64,000 nucleotides of DNA, taken from positions 416,001 through 480,000 of the forward strand of contig CAVSLV010000004.1 of NCBI GenBank assembly GCA_963728915.1. Direction: 5' to 3'. The notes below the pieces were generated by a model. That model made no database searches and was not told the origin of the DNA. It was given only the letters and a program-made list of their open reading frames with translations. This document shows positions 9,525 to 20,011 of the stretch, in pieces. Position numbers and translations under genes: made by a program. Origin of the DNA: an uncultured Gemmatimonadales bacterium (GTDB lineage Bacteria > Gemmatimonadota > Gemmatimonadetes > Gemmatimonadales > GWC2-71-9). Numbering within the stretch: position 1 is the stretch's first letter; every line of letters begins with the position of its first letter.

Positions 9525-10805
9525 TCAGAGCTGGGAGATCCGCCGGGCCTCTCGCCACCCGATGTCGTCGCGGAACTGTTTGCCCTCGAACCGGATCGCG
9601 GCCGCCCCCTCCCGGCTGGCTCGCTGCGCCGCAGTGAATGAATCGGCCAGCGCGGTCACCGCGAGGACCCGGCCTCCGTTGGTGCGCAGGACGCCCCGCT
9701 GATCCGCCTGGGTTCCCGCGTGAAAGATCAGCGTCGTATCAGGGAGGGAATCCGGCAGCTCGATGACGTCCCCGGCTCGCGGGTCGCCCGGATATCCCCC
9801 CGCCGCGAGAACCGTCGTCACCGCCGACCACGCGGTGATCTCCATCGAGCCGAAGGGTTGGCCCAGGGCCGCCGCCTGAAAGCACTCGAGCAGACCGGAA
9901 CGGATCCGGGGGACGATGACCTGTGCCTCCGGGTCGCCCAGCCGGCAATTGAACTCGATCACCGAGGGAGCTCCGGAGCGATCGATCATCAAACCGGCGT
10001 ACAGGACTCCTGAGAAGGGAGCGTCGCGCCGGGCCAGCTCCTCCAGGGTGGGCCGGAGGATCCGGGACTCCACCCGCTCGAGCAACGCGGCGGTCGCGAT
10101 GGAGACCGGGCTGTACGCCCCCATTCCCCCCGTATTGGGTCCCTGGTCGCCCTCGAGCAGGCGCTTGTGATCCTGCGCCGGAGGAAGAATCAGGAGATCG
10201 GTCCCGTTGGTCACAGCCATCACGGAGAGCTCCTCGCCATCGAGGAAGCCCTCGATCACCACGGTGCGTCCCGCCTCGCCGAACAGGCCATCCCGCAGCA
10301 TGCTGGTGAGGGCCCGATGCGCTTCCGAGCGGGTTTGGCAGATGACCGCACCTTTGCCGGCGGCGAGGCCGCTCGCCTTGACGACGATGGGAATTTCCTG
10401 CCGGTCGATGTAGGCGATGGCCAGATCCAGCTCGGTGAAGGTGCGGCTTGGCGCGGTCGGAACGTTTGCCTTGGCCATGACGTCCTTGGCGAACGCCTTG
10501 GACGATTCGATCCGGGCCGCGGACGCCGAAGGTCCGAAAACCGTCTTCCCCGCCTCGCGGAGCCGATCGGCGAGTCCCGCGGCGAGCGGCGCCTCCGGTC
10601 CAACCACCACCAGGTCGATGGCGTGATGCTCGGCCGCCGCCACCAGCCGGTCGATATCCGTCGGCCCGATCGGAAGGTTGGTGGCCATGCCAGCGGTTCC
10701 CGGGTTTCCCGGGGCGGCGAACAGGGATCTGGCCCCGAGCGAGCGGCGGATTCCCCAGCAGATGGCGTGTTCTCGTCCACCGCCACCGACCACCAGCACC
10801 TTCAT
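9525..10805 (-). CDS. purD: phosphoribosylamine-glycine ligase
   Basis: [46 protein letters not shown]. Confidence 0.97.
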   Translation of the reverse strand: MKVLVVGGGGREHAICWGIRRSLGARSLFAAPGNPGTAGMATNLPIGPTDIDRLVAAAEHHAIDLVVVGPEAPLAAGLADRLREAGKTVFGPSASAARIESSKAFAKDVMAKANVPTAPSRTFTELDLAIAYIDRQEIPIVVKASGLAAGKGAVICQTRSEAHRALTSMLRDGLFGEAGRTVVIEGFLDGEELSVMAVTNGTDLLILPPAQDHKRLLEGDQGPNTGGMGAYSPVSIATAALLERVESRILRPTLEELARRDAPFSGVLYAGLMIDRSGAPSVIEFNCRLGDPEAQVIVPRIRSGLLECFQAAALGQPFGSMEITAWSAVTTVLAAGGYPGDPRAGDVIELPDSLPDTTLIFHAGTQADQRGVLRTNGGRVLAVTALADSFTAAQRASREGAAAIRFEGKQFRDDIGWREARRISQL

Positions 10806-11815
10806 TTCTGCTGGGCCTTTCGAAACGCATCCCGAGCCGCCTCGGCGGCCTTTTTCGCGGCTTCAGTCACCTTGGCTTTCGCCTCCCGGAACTCACCCGC
10901 ATAGAAGTCTCTGGCGTGTCCGAAATCCGAGCGGATCGAGCGCTCCTTGGCCTCGCTGCCGCGCCGGACGTACTCTCCCCGAAGAATACGCTCGTACTCG
11001 CCCGCGCCAATCCACTTCTGGAGCTCGGCCGCGCGCACCGTATGCATCGGATGGGTGAGCGCCAGGGTGTTCACCAGCTTGTACACGAAGTCGAGCCCTT
11101 CGTTGGTCGCGATGTACTCGTTGGCCTGGGCGATGAACGGATCGACCGCCATCTGCCCCGACTCGAGCGCGCCCCGGTAGGCGCCCGCCATTTTCATGAA
11201 CAGCTGCTGCGAGGCGATGATGTTCTGGCTGCCCAGGAGTCCGGCGCGGTCGGCCGAAAGCTCCGATTTGCGCGACCACTCGAGCACCGCGAGCCGGATG
11301 GGAAGCAGCGCGATTCCCGCGAGGAAGGGCAGCGAGCCGAGGCTCACCAGCAGCAGGATCTCGGCGATGGTGCGATAGAGCGCATGTCCGCTCACCACGT
11401 GGCCCATCTCGTGGGCGAGCAACACCCGGACCTCCTCTTCATTGAGCAGCTCGAGGGCGGCGGAGTGGATCACCACGAAGGGATCGTCCACCCCGTAGGC
11501 CCCGGCATTGAAGATCGGAGTCTGGGTGACGTAGAGCTCCGGCAGCTTGGGCCAGTCGAAGGTCGAAGCGACCTCGACATGGAGGCCGTAGGGGATGGGG
11601 TACTGTTGCGGACCGGCCCGTACCGCATTTCCCTGGAACAACAGGCGGATGCCGCGCTCGCCGCCCAGGAAGGCCACGATCTTGCGCACCACCTCGTCGA
11701 AGCCGGGAATCGCGCGCAGGGTCTGCAGCGCGGCGCGATCGGCGGGGTGCTCCCAGGAGACCGCGGCGATCTGCGGAAAGGCGACTCGGGGACGAAAACT
11801 CGGGACCGACGTCAT
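10802..11815 (-). CDS. M48 family metallopeptidase
   Basis: LAHEMGH zincin motif, ELSADRAG, THP. Confidence 0.9.
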   Translation of the reverse strand: MTSVPSFRPRVAFPQIAAVSWEHPADRAALQTLRAIPGFDEVVRKIVAFLGGERGIRLLFQGNAVRAGPQQYPIPYGLHVEVASTFDWPKLPELYVTQTPIFNAGAYGVDDPFVVIHSAALELLNEEEVRVLLAHEMGHVVSGHALYRTIAEILLLVSLGSLPFLAGIALLPIRLAVLEWSRKSELSADRAGLLGSQNIIASQQLFMKMAGAYRGALESGQMAVDPFIAQANEYIATNEGLDFVYKLVNTLALTHPMHTVRAAELQKWIGAGEYERILRGEYVRRGSEAKERSIRSDFGHARDFYAGEFREAKAKVTEAAKKAAEAARDAFRKAQQK

Positions 11816-11825
11816 ACAGCCTCCT

Positions 11826-12989
11826 TCAATCGATGGCCTGTTTCAGGTCCGCGATCAGATCGTCCACGTCCTCGATTCCCAGGCTCAGGCGCAGCAGACT
11901 GTCGGTGAGCCCGATCCGCTTCCGGATCTCCAGGGGAACCGAAGCGTGCGTCATCGAAGCCGGGTGCCCGATCAGGCTCTCCACCCCGCCGAGGGATTCG
12001 GCGAGCTGGAAGAGGCGGACCCGTTCCACGATCCGGCGCGACAGCTCGATGTCTTCCACATCGAATGACACCATGCCCCCGAATCCTCCCATCTGGCAGC
12101 GGGCCAGTTCATGCTGAGGGTGGGTCGGCAGGCCGGGATAGTAGACCTTCCGGATCCTGGGATGGGTGGTCAACCATTCCGCCATCCGGCGGCCGTTGGC
12201 GTCATGCTGTCTCATACGGAGGATCAGCGTTTTGGTTCCGCGGAGGGCCAGCCAGCAGTCCATCGGGCCGGGAACGGCGCCGCTCGCGTTCTGAATGAAG
12301 CCCAGTCGCTCGGCGATGTCGTCGCGGCTGGTCACCAGCATTCCCCCGACCATGTCGCTGTGCCCGTTCAGGTACTTCGTCGTGGAGTGGAGCACGATCT
12401 CGGCGCCCAGCTCGAGGGGACGCTGGAAGACGGGGGTGGCGAAAGTGTTGTCCACCGCCACCGGGACCCCGCGCGCGGCGGCGAGGTCGCCCACCGCGCG
12501 GAGATCGGTCAGGAACATCATCGGATTGGTGGGCGTCTCGCAGTAGATGAGCCGGGTCTCCGGGGTCAGGGCCCGCTCCACGTTCGCAACCTCCCGGGTG
12601 TCCACGAAGCTGAACCGGATCCCGAAGGTCTCGTAGATCCGGGTCATGAGCCGATGCGACCCGCCATAGAGATTGTCGCCCGACACCACGTGGTCGCCCG
12701 GCTTGAGGAGCTTGAGCACCGCGTCCAGCGCGGCCAGCCCGGAACCGAAGGCGAAGGCGTGGGTGCCCCCTTCCAGGGAGGCGACGTTCCGCTCCAGTGC
12801 TTCCCGGGTGGGGTTCTGGGTGCGGGCGTATTCATATCCCTTGTGCTTGCCCAGGCCCTGCTGGCGATAGGTGGACGTCTGGTAGATCGGAGTCATCACC
12901 GCCCCGGAAAGCGGTTCGTCGATCTGGCCGGCATGCACCGCGCGGGTGGGTAACCCGTACCCCTGATCGTCCGGGAGAATGCGTGTCAT
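11826..12989 (-). CDS. cystathionine gamma-synthase/lyase (Cys/Met metabolism PLP enzyme)
   Basis: YEYARTQNPTR, ETPTNP, DNTF, HSTTKYLNGHSD, ESLGGVESL. Confidence 0.92.
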   Translation of the reverse strand: MTRILPDDQGYGLPTRAVHAGQIDEPLSGAVMTPIYQTSTYRQQGLGKHKGYEYARTQNPTREALERNVASLEGGTHAFAFGSGLAALDAVLKLLKPGDHVVSGDNLYGGSHRLMTRIYETFGIRFSFVDTREVANVERALTPETRLIYCETPTNPMMFLTDLRAVGDLAAARGVPVAVDNTFATPVFQRPLELGAEIVLHSTTKYLNGHSDMVGGMLVTSRDDIAERLGFIQNASGAVPGPMDCWLALRGTKTLILRMRQHDANGRRMAEWLTTHPRIRKVYYPGLPTHPQHELARCQMGGFGGMVSFDVEDIELSRRIVERVRLFQLAESLGGVESLIGHPASMTHASVPLEIRKRIGLTDSLLRLSLGIEDVDDLIADLKQAID

Positions 12990-13040
12990 GGGAGCGGAGG
13001 CCTGTTGGTGAAGGGAGATACCCGGTTAGTGTTCAGATGC

Positions 13041-13110
13041 TGAGGGGCGAGGTGCCGACCCTCACACCTCGCACCTCAAACCTCAAACCTCAAACCTCAC
13101 CCTTCAAACC
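13041..13110. repeat. heptamer tandem array (CCTCAAA/CCTCACA) with short inverted GAGG arm
   Basis: tgaggggcgaggtg followed by cctcaca-cctcgca-cctcaaa x3-cctcac. Confidence 0.75.
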
Positions 13111-13118
13111 TAGCACGC

Positions 13119-13670
13119 ATGGGCCAGATTCAGATGGCGGTCCGGATGCTGGAGAAGAAGGACGAGTACACCCGCGGCCATTCCCAGCGGGTCAGCCGCT
13201 ACGCCGCCCACACCGCCACACTCTTGGGTTTTTCAGGTGACATGCTGGATCAGATCAGGCTCGGTGGAGAGCTTCACGATATCGGGAAGATCGGCACCCG
13301 CGACGCGGTGCTGCGAAAGCCCGGCCCGCTCACGCCGTCCGAATTCGAGGAGATGAAGCACCACGTGATCGAGGGCGAGGAGATCCTCGAGCCGCTCCGC
13401 CGCGATCACCCCATCGTGCTCCAGATCGTCCGGAGCCACCACGAGCGCTTCGACGGCAGCGGGTTCCCCGATGGGCTGCAAGGCGAAGGGATCCCCATGC
13501 CGGTCCGCATCGTCGCGGTGGCCGACGCGTTCGACGCCATGACCACCGAGCGCACCTACCGGCTGCCGGTGGCCGCCCGCGAGGCGCTGGCCGAGCTCCG
13601 ACGGTTGGCCGGGGCGCAATTCGATGGGGACGTCGTTGCGGCGTTCTCGAAGGTGTTCCCGACCCCCTGA
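13119..13670 (+). CDS. stand-alone HD-GYP domain phosphodiesterase
   Basis: YTRGHSQRV, LHDIGKIG, HHERFDGSGFPDGL, VADAFDAMT. Confidence 0.9.
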   Translation: MGQIQMAVRMLEKKDEYTRGHSQRVSRYAAHTATLLGFSGDMLDQIRLGGELHDIGKIGTRDAVLRKPGPLTPSEFEEMKHHVIEGEEILEPLRRDHPIVLQIVRSHHERFDGSGFPDGLQGEGIPMPVRIVAVADAFDAMTTERTYRLPVAAREALAELRRLAGAQFDGDVVAAFSKVFPTP

Positions 13671-13696
13671 CCCCCCGACCCCCTGACCCTCCTACC
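13659..13696. repeat. CCGACCCC/CTGACCCC tandem octamers overlapping the HD-GYP stop codon
   Basis: ccgaccccctgaccccccgaccccctgaccctcc. Confidence 0.75.
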
Positions 13697-13703
13697 TTCC
13701 GCC

Positions 13704-15065
13704 ATGTCTTCCACGCTGATCATTTCTCCCTCGGGGGTCCGCGGGATTGTGGGGGTCGACCTCACGCCCGATCTGGTCACCCGGTGGGCCGCCGCCCTGG
13801 GCGAGCGCGCCGCCACGCTGGGCGCCCCCCGGGTCGTGCTGGGCCGGGACGCCCGGACCAGCGGTGAGATGTTCGCCCGCGCCGCCTCGGCCGGGTTGCT
13901 CTCGGTGGGATGCGAGGTCATCGACATCGGTCTGGTCCCCACGCCCACCACCCAGCTCGCGGTCGAGTTCCATCACGCCGGCGCGGGACTCATGCTCACC
14001 GCGAGTCATAACCCGGTGGAGTGGAATGCGCTGAAGCTCATCGGGCCCGACGGCGTCTTCCTCGATGCGGCCGGCGTCGCCGACGTTCGGGCCCGCGCCG
14101 AGCGGGGTCCCGCCTGCCGGGGCTGGGATGGCATGGGACACCTGCGTCACGATCGGGTCGCGATCGAACGACATCTCGATCTGGTCCTCGCCCTTCCGAT
14201 CCTCGACGTCAAAGCAATCGAGGGGCGCCGCTTCAAGGTTGCCGTCGACTGCGTCCGCGGGGCGGGTGGGGTCATCATTCCTGAACTGTTGCGGCGGCTC
14301 GGCTGTGAGGCGTCGGGGATACACCTCGAGACCGACGGGCGGTTTCCCCGGGAGCCCGAGCCGCTCCCGGAAAACCTCGGGGAGCTGGGCGAGCTGGTCC
14401 GGAGCACAGGAGCCGATCTCGGGATCGCGGTGGATCCGGATGTGGACCGGCTCGCCCTGGTGGACGAACAGGGCCGGGCGATCGGCGAGGACTATACCCT
14501 GGCTTTTGCGGTCCGCGCCGTCCTGCAAGCGGCCGCCAAATCCGATTCCGCGCCTGTGGTTGTGGCGAATCTCTCCACCAGCATGGTGGTGGAAGATGCC
14601 GCCCGCGACGGCGGCGCCAGGTTCATTCGTGCACCCGTTGGTGAATCGAACGTCGCCAGAGCGATGCTGGAGCACGGCGCCCTGATCGGGGGCGAGGGCA
14701 ATGGCGGGGTGATCCTGCCGGCACTCCACGCCGGCCGTGACGCGCCCCTGGGGGTGGCGTTGATCTTGCAATACCTGGCTTTGGAAGACAGGTCCGTTTC
14801 GGCTCTTGTTTCGGCCGCACCACAGTACCGGATTATCAAGGCTAAAGTAAAACGGGGTAGTGACTTACCGCCGATTTACGCGAAGCTCAAATCCCGGTTT
14901 TCGGAGGCGAAAACGGACGAAACTGACGGGTTACGCCTGTCCTGGTCGGACCGCTGGGTCCACCTGAGGCCGTCCGGGACCGAGCCTGTCATCAGGATGA
15001 TCGCCGAGGCTCCGACCGAATCGGACGCGAACAGCCTGATCGCTGCATGTCGTGAGCTCTTCTGA
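13704..15065 (+). CDS. glmM: phosphoglucosamine mutase / phosphohexomutase
   Basis: TASHNP active-site Ser, DPDVDR metal loop, GEGNGG, RPSGTEP; adjacent to glmS. Confidence 0.8.
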   Translation: MSSTLIISPSGVRGIVGVDLTPDLVTRWAAALGERAATLGAPRVVLGRDARTSGEMFARAASAGLLSVGCEVIDIGLVPTPTTQLAVEFHHAGAGLMLTASHNPVEWNALKLIGPDGVFLDAAGVADVRARAERGPACRGWDGMGHLRHDRVAIERHLDLVLALPILDVKAIEGRRFKVAVDCVRGAGGVIIPELLRRLGCEASGIHLETDGRFPREPEPLPENLGELGELVRSTGADLGIAVDPDVDRLALVDEQGRAIGEDYTLAFAVRAVLQAAAKSDSAPVVVANLSTSMVVEDAARDGGARFIRAPVGESNVARAMLEHGALIGGEGNGGVILPALHAGRDAPLGVALILQYLALEDRSVSALVSAAPQYRIIKAKVKRGSDLPPIYAKLKSRFSEAKTDETDGLRLSWSDRWVHLRPSGTEPVIRMIAEAPTESDANSLIAACRELF

Positions 15066-15086
15066 TCAAGGAGACGGTTCGACCCA

Positions 15087-16916
<1,830 letters not shown>

Positions 16917-16940
16917 AGAGTAGGGGATCGGGGATAGGGC

Positions 16941-18254
16941 CTACGGTTGTACCGCCGGCCGAAGTCGAATGAAGCCAACCAGCCCCGCGGGCCGCCGGGT
17001 TCCATACACCGATTCCAGCTCCACCGGAACGAAGTTCAGGGTCGCCCGAACCCCCGCGGCCAGCTCGGTGTGCCGCCAGCCTCCCAAGTCCCGGACATAA
17101 CCCGCGGATACGCTCGAGACACCGTACCGTCGATCCAGGGGGACGCCGGGGACCGCGAGGTCCTCCGCGCTCTTCTGAACCCAGGTTCCCCGGCCGAAGA
17201 CGCTGTGACCGCGACTGAGCTGGAAGTTGGTCTCGACGGTGACGCTGTGCGAAGTCCGCTGGTGGCGGCTCGCCCCCCAGATCAGCGCGGTGGACCACGC
17301 GCCTCCCCCCGGGAGCGGACGAGTGTAGAGCAGGGAGGCGCCGAACCGTCGCTCCGATTGCAGCGAGTCCGATCGGTCGGGGCTCTTCAGAAACCCGTAG
17401 CTCGCGCTCCCACTCCACCGCGGCGCCGGGTTCACCAGCAGGCGAACGCTCCAGGAGTCCGGCCGCCGCAGGTCGAGGTCGTAGCGCTGCTCGTCCGGCT
17501 CCCTCCCGTTGAACCAGCTTCCCTCGAGTTTGGCGGAGCGGGTGAAGACGCCGGCGGTGAGGACTCCGTAGGTGATGTGGGTGGCATCCTGCCAGTGATG
17601 CGCGATGGGGGCCAGCGGATCGCTTTCCGCCGAGGGGCGGTGCATGTATGCCACCGGCCCCAGCGCGGGTTCCCCGACCGGCCCTCCATACAGCGAAACC
17701 CCGAACCTCCGGCTGACCTGGTACTCGTACATCCCCACCAGCTCCACGAACAGATCGTGGGGATGCTGCCGGTCGTGCAGCGGGACGCCCTGCCAGGTTT
17801 CGCCACTCTGCAGCAGCAGGGGATAGCCCCTTCCGCCCACGGTGAGCGGCTCGGCGCTCGCCATGGCGTGGAGATGGAGCAGGCCGCGCCCGCTGGGTGA
17901 GGCATGCATCGCCATGAACATGAGCCAGTTGGTGCTCGCGATCTGGGCGGCGCCTCGCTCGGAGAACTGCCGGTTGAACACGAGGTCGAGATCCCCATGG
18001 AGCATCATGGTCCAGCGTCCCCGCATCCAGTGATAGGCGCGCATGGTCGCCGCGTCGGGAAGCCAGGCGCTGCCCGAGCCCATCCGGGTATGCGGGATCC
18101 CCAGCGGAGTCCGCATCGCCGAGTCATGGGTCATGCCCGCCATGTCCTCGTGCTGGGCGGAGAGCCGGGCCGCGCCGGCAAGGAGGAGGATCCCGACCAG
18201 CAAGGTGCGGGGTGTCGAGGACGTCGTGACCCGCGCCGCTATGTTATTCGCCAT
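16941..18254 (-). CDS. secreted His/Met-rich outer-membrane beta-barrel-like hypothetical protein
   Basis: Signal peptide LLVGILLLAGAARLSA-Q, Met/His-rich N-terminus, HDRQHPHDLF and HHWQDATHI motifs; start codon uncertain. Confidence 0.65.
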   Translation of the reverse strand: MANNIAARVTTSSTPRTLLVGILLLAGAARLSAQHEDMAGMTHDSAMRTPLGIPHTRMGSGSAWLPDAATMRAYHWMRGRWTMMLHGDLDLVFNRQFSERGAAQIASTNWLMFMAMHASPSGRGLLHLHAMASAEPLTVGGRGYPLLLQSGETWQGVPLHDRQHPHDLFVELVGMYEYQVSRRFGVSLYGGPVGEPALGPVAYMHRPSAESDPLAPIAHHWQDATHITYGVLTAGVFTRSAKLEGSWFNGREPDEQRYDLDLRRPDSWSVRLLVNPAPRWSGSASYGFLKSPDRSDSLQSERRFGASLLYTRPLPGGGAWSTALIWGASRHQRTSHSVTVETNFQLSRGHSVFGRGTWVQKSAEDLAVPGVPLDRRYGVSSVSAGYVRDLGGWRHTELAAGVRATLNFVPVELESVYGTRRPAGLVGFIRLRPAVQP

Positions 18255-18696
18255 GCGAGTCGTCCTGCAGCGGGTGCGCCGGTCCTCGGTACGCGTCGGG
18301 GAATCGATGCTGGGCCGGATCGAGCGGGGGTACTGCCTGCTGGTCGGTTTCACTCACAGCGATACGGCGGACCAGGTCCGCTGGATGGTGGACAAGATAG
18401 CCGGGCTCCGTGTCATGGAGGACGGAGAGGGAAAAATGAATCTTTCGCTCGCCGACGTCGGCGGCTCGGTGCTGGTGGTGAGCCAGTTCACCCTCTATGG
18501 CGACGCGAGCAAGGGCCGGCGCCCCTCGTTTATCGACGCGGCCCGCCCGGAGGTCGCCATCCCGCTCTACGACCTGTTCTGCGAGGAGCTCCGGGGCCGG
18601 GGGCTCGAGGTCGCGACCGGCGAATTCGGCGCGATGATGGAGGTGGAGATCCTCAACGATGGCCCGGTGACGCTGGTGCTCGAGCGATCCGCGTGA
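18253..18696 (+). CDS. dtd: D-aminoacyl-tRNA deacylase
   Basis: MRVVLQRV, VSQFTLYGD, GRRPSF, NDGPVT. Confidence 0.95.
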   Translation: MRVVLQRVRRSSVRVGESMLGRIERGYCLLVGFTHSDTADQVRWMVDKIAGLRVMEDGEGKMNLSLADVGGSVLVVSQFTLYGDASKGRRPSFIDAARPEVAIPLYDLFCEELRGRGLEVATGEFGAMMEVEILNDGPVTLVLERSA

Positions 18697-19613
18697 CCCA
18701 TCATCCCCTGGTCCTCGCCTCCCGCTCGCCCCGGCGCAGCCAGCTGCTCGACATGCTCGGAATCCCTCACGTGGTGATGCCGGCCGAAGTCCAGGAGATC
18801 CGGCTGCCCCGCGAACAGCCCGCCGCCTACGCCCGGCGGCTGGCCCGTGACAAGGCCCGCGCGGTTCCCGGGCGTTGGGTCCTGGGGGCCGACACGATCG
18901 TCGTGGTCGACGATGAGGTCCTCGAGAAACCGGCCGACGCCGAGGACGCGGTGCGGATGCTGCTTCGGCTCGCCGGGCGTCGCCACGACGTCCTCACCGC
19001 GGTCTGCCTCATTGCCGATGGCGTCGAGCACGAGGCTATCGATACTTCCGCGGTGTTCTTCCGCCCCGCGGATGAAGGGCTCCTGCGCCGGTACGTCGCG
19101 ACCGGGGAACCACTCGACAAGGCGGGGGCCTATGGCATCCAGGGATACGGCGCCGCGCTGGTGGAGCGCATCGAAGGAGATTTCTTCTCGGTGATGGGAC
19201 TTCCAGTGCGGCTGGTCCTGGACCTGATGGCGAAGGCGGGGTGGGAGTATCGGTTTGGTCGGGGAGGTCGGAGAGGTCGGAGAGGTCAGAGAGGTCGGAG
19301 AGGTCGGAGAGGTCAGAGAGGTCGGAGAGGTCAGAGAGGTCGGAGAGGTCGGATCCCCCTTCCTCTCCGACCCTCTGACCTCCCCGACCTCCCCGACCCC
19401 CCGACCCCCCGACCCTCCTATTTCGGCGCCCCCACCAGGTACCGTCCCGGCGCCGTAATCGCGGCGCTCACCATGTCGGTCCCCGGCCGAGTGGTCGGGA
19501 GGAAGACCACCTGCCCGTTCTCCACCCGTCCGATCGCCAGCGCATGTTCGAACCCGATGTCGCTGCCGTACTGGTCCCGCGCTCCGGCCGGGGCGAGGAA
19601 ATGGGCCCCGTAG
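18693..19613 (+). CDS. maf: Maf nucleotide pyrophosphatase; the frame reads through a downstream repeat array
   Basis: LASRSPRR, GADTIV, EKP, DKAGAYGIQG, VMGLP; homology ends at about 19255. Confidence 0.88.
   Translation: MTHHPLVLASRSPRRSQLLDMLGIPHVVMPAEVQEIRLPREQPAAYARRLARDKARAVPGRWVLGADTIVVVDDEVLEKPADAEDAVRMLLRLAGRRHDVLTAVCLIADGVEHEAIDTSAVFFRPADEGLLRRYVATGEPLDKAGAYGIQGYGAALVERIEGDFFSVMGLPVRLVLDLMAKAGWEYRFGRGGRRGRRGQRGRRGRRGQRGRRGQRGRRGRIPLPLRPSDLPDLPDPPTPRPSYFGAPTRYRPGAVIAALTMSVPGRVVGRKTTCPFSTRPIASACSNPMSLPYWSRAPAGARKWAP
19256..19417. repeat. inverted tandem 9/8-mer array (GGTCGGAGA)n ... (CCGACCYCC)n hairpin
   Basis: About 10 GGTC(G/A)GAGA units 19256-19351, then C-rich complementary units to about 19417. 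Confidence 0.9.
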
Positions 19614-19984
19614 CTGAAAATCAGCTTTGACTGGTCATGCAGAGGGCCGGGAGCCTCGAGATCCAGCCCGTACTCGCCCGGGATCGGATGAATGACGATC
19701 CGGACGCTGTCGCCCCGGGTCGCGGTCAGCGCCGAATCCCCGAACTCCATCCGCGCGAACAACCCGAAATCGGGAGCGGACCGGCGCAGCACGACGATCC
19801 GGGGGGCGCCGGGGGGAACCGTCACCGTGGTGTCATCGGGGAGAATGCCCGCTGCTTCCAGCACGAACACCTGGGACAGGGGGAGGGGACCCGGCGTGGC
19901 CCTGGTAGCGGGCGTGCCGCCGGCCGGTCCGGGAGGCCCGCATCCCGACAGGATCAGGAGTACGCGCGCTTGCTCCGCGCCCAC
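19418..19984 (-). CDS. hypothetical lipoprotein
   Basis: LLILSG-C lipobox, GTG start preceded by GGGAG. Confidence 0.55.
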   Translation of the reverse strand: MGAEQARVLLILSGCGPPGPAGGTPATRATPGPLPLSQVFVLEAAGILPDDTTVTVPPGAPRIVVLRRSAPDFGLFARMEFGDSALTATRGDSVRIVIHPIPGEYGLDLEAPGPLHDQSKLIFSYGAHFLAPAGARDQYGSDIGFEHALAIGRVENGQVVFLPTTRPGTDMVSAAITAPGRYLVGAPK

Positions 19985-20011
19985 ACTCCCGGCTTATTGA
20001 AAGCACTGCCG

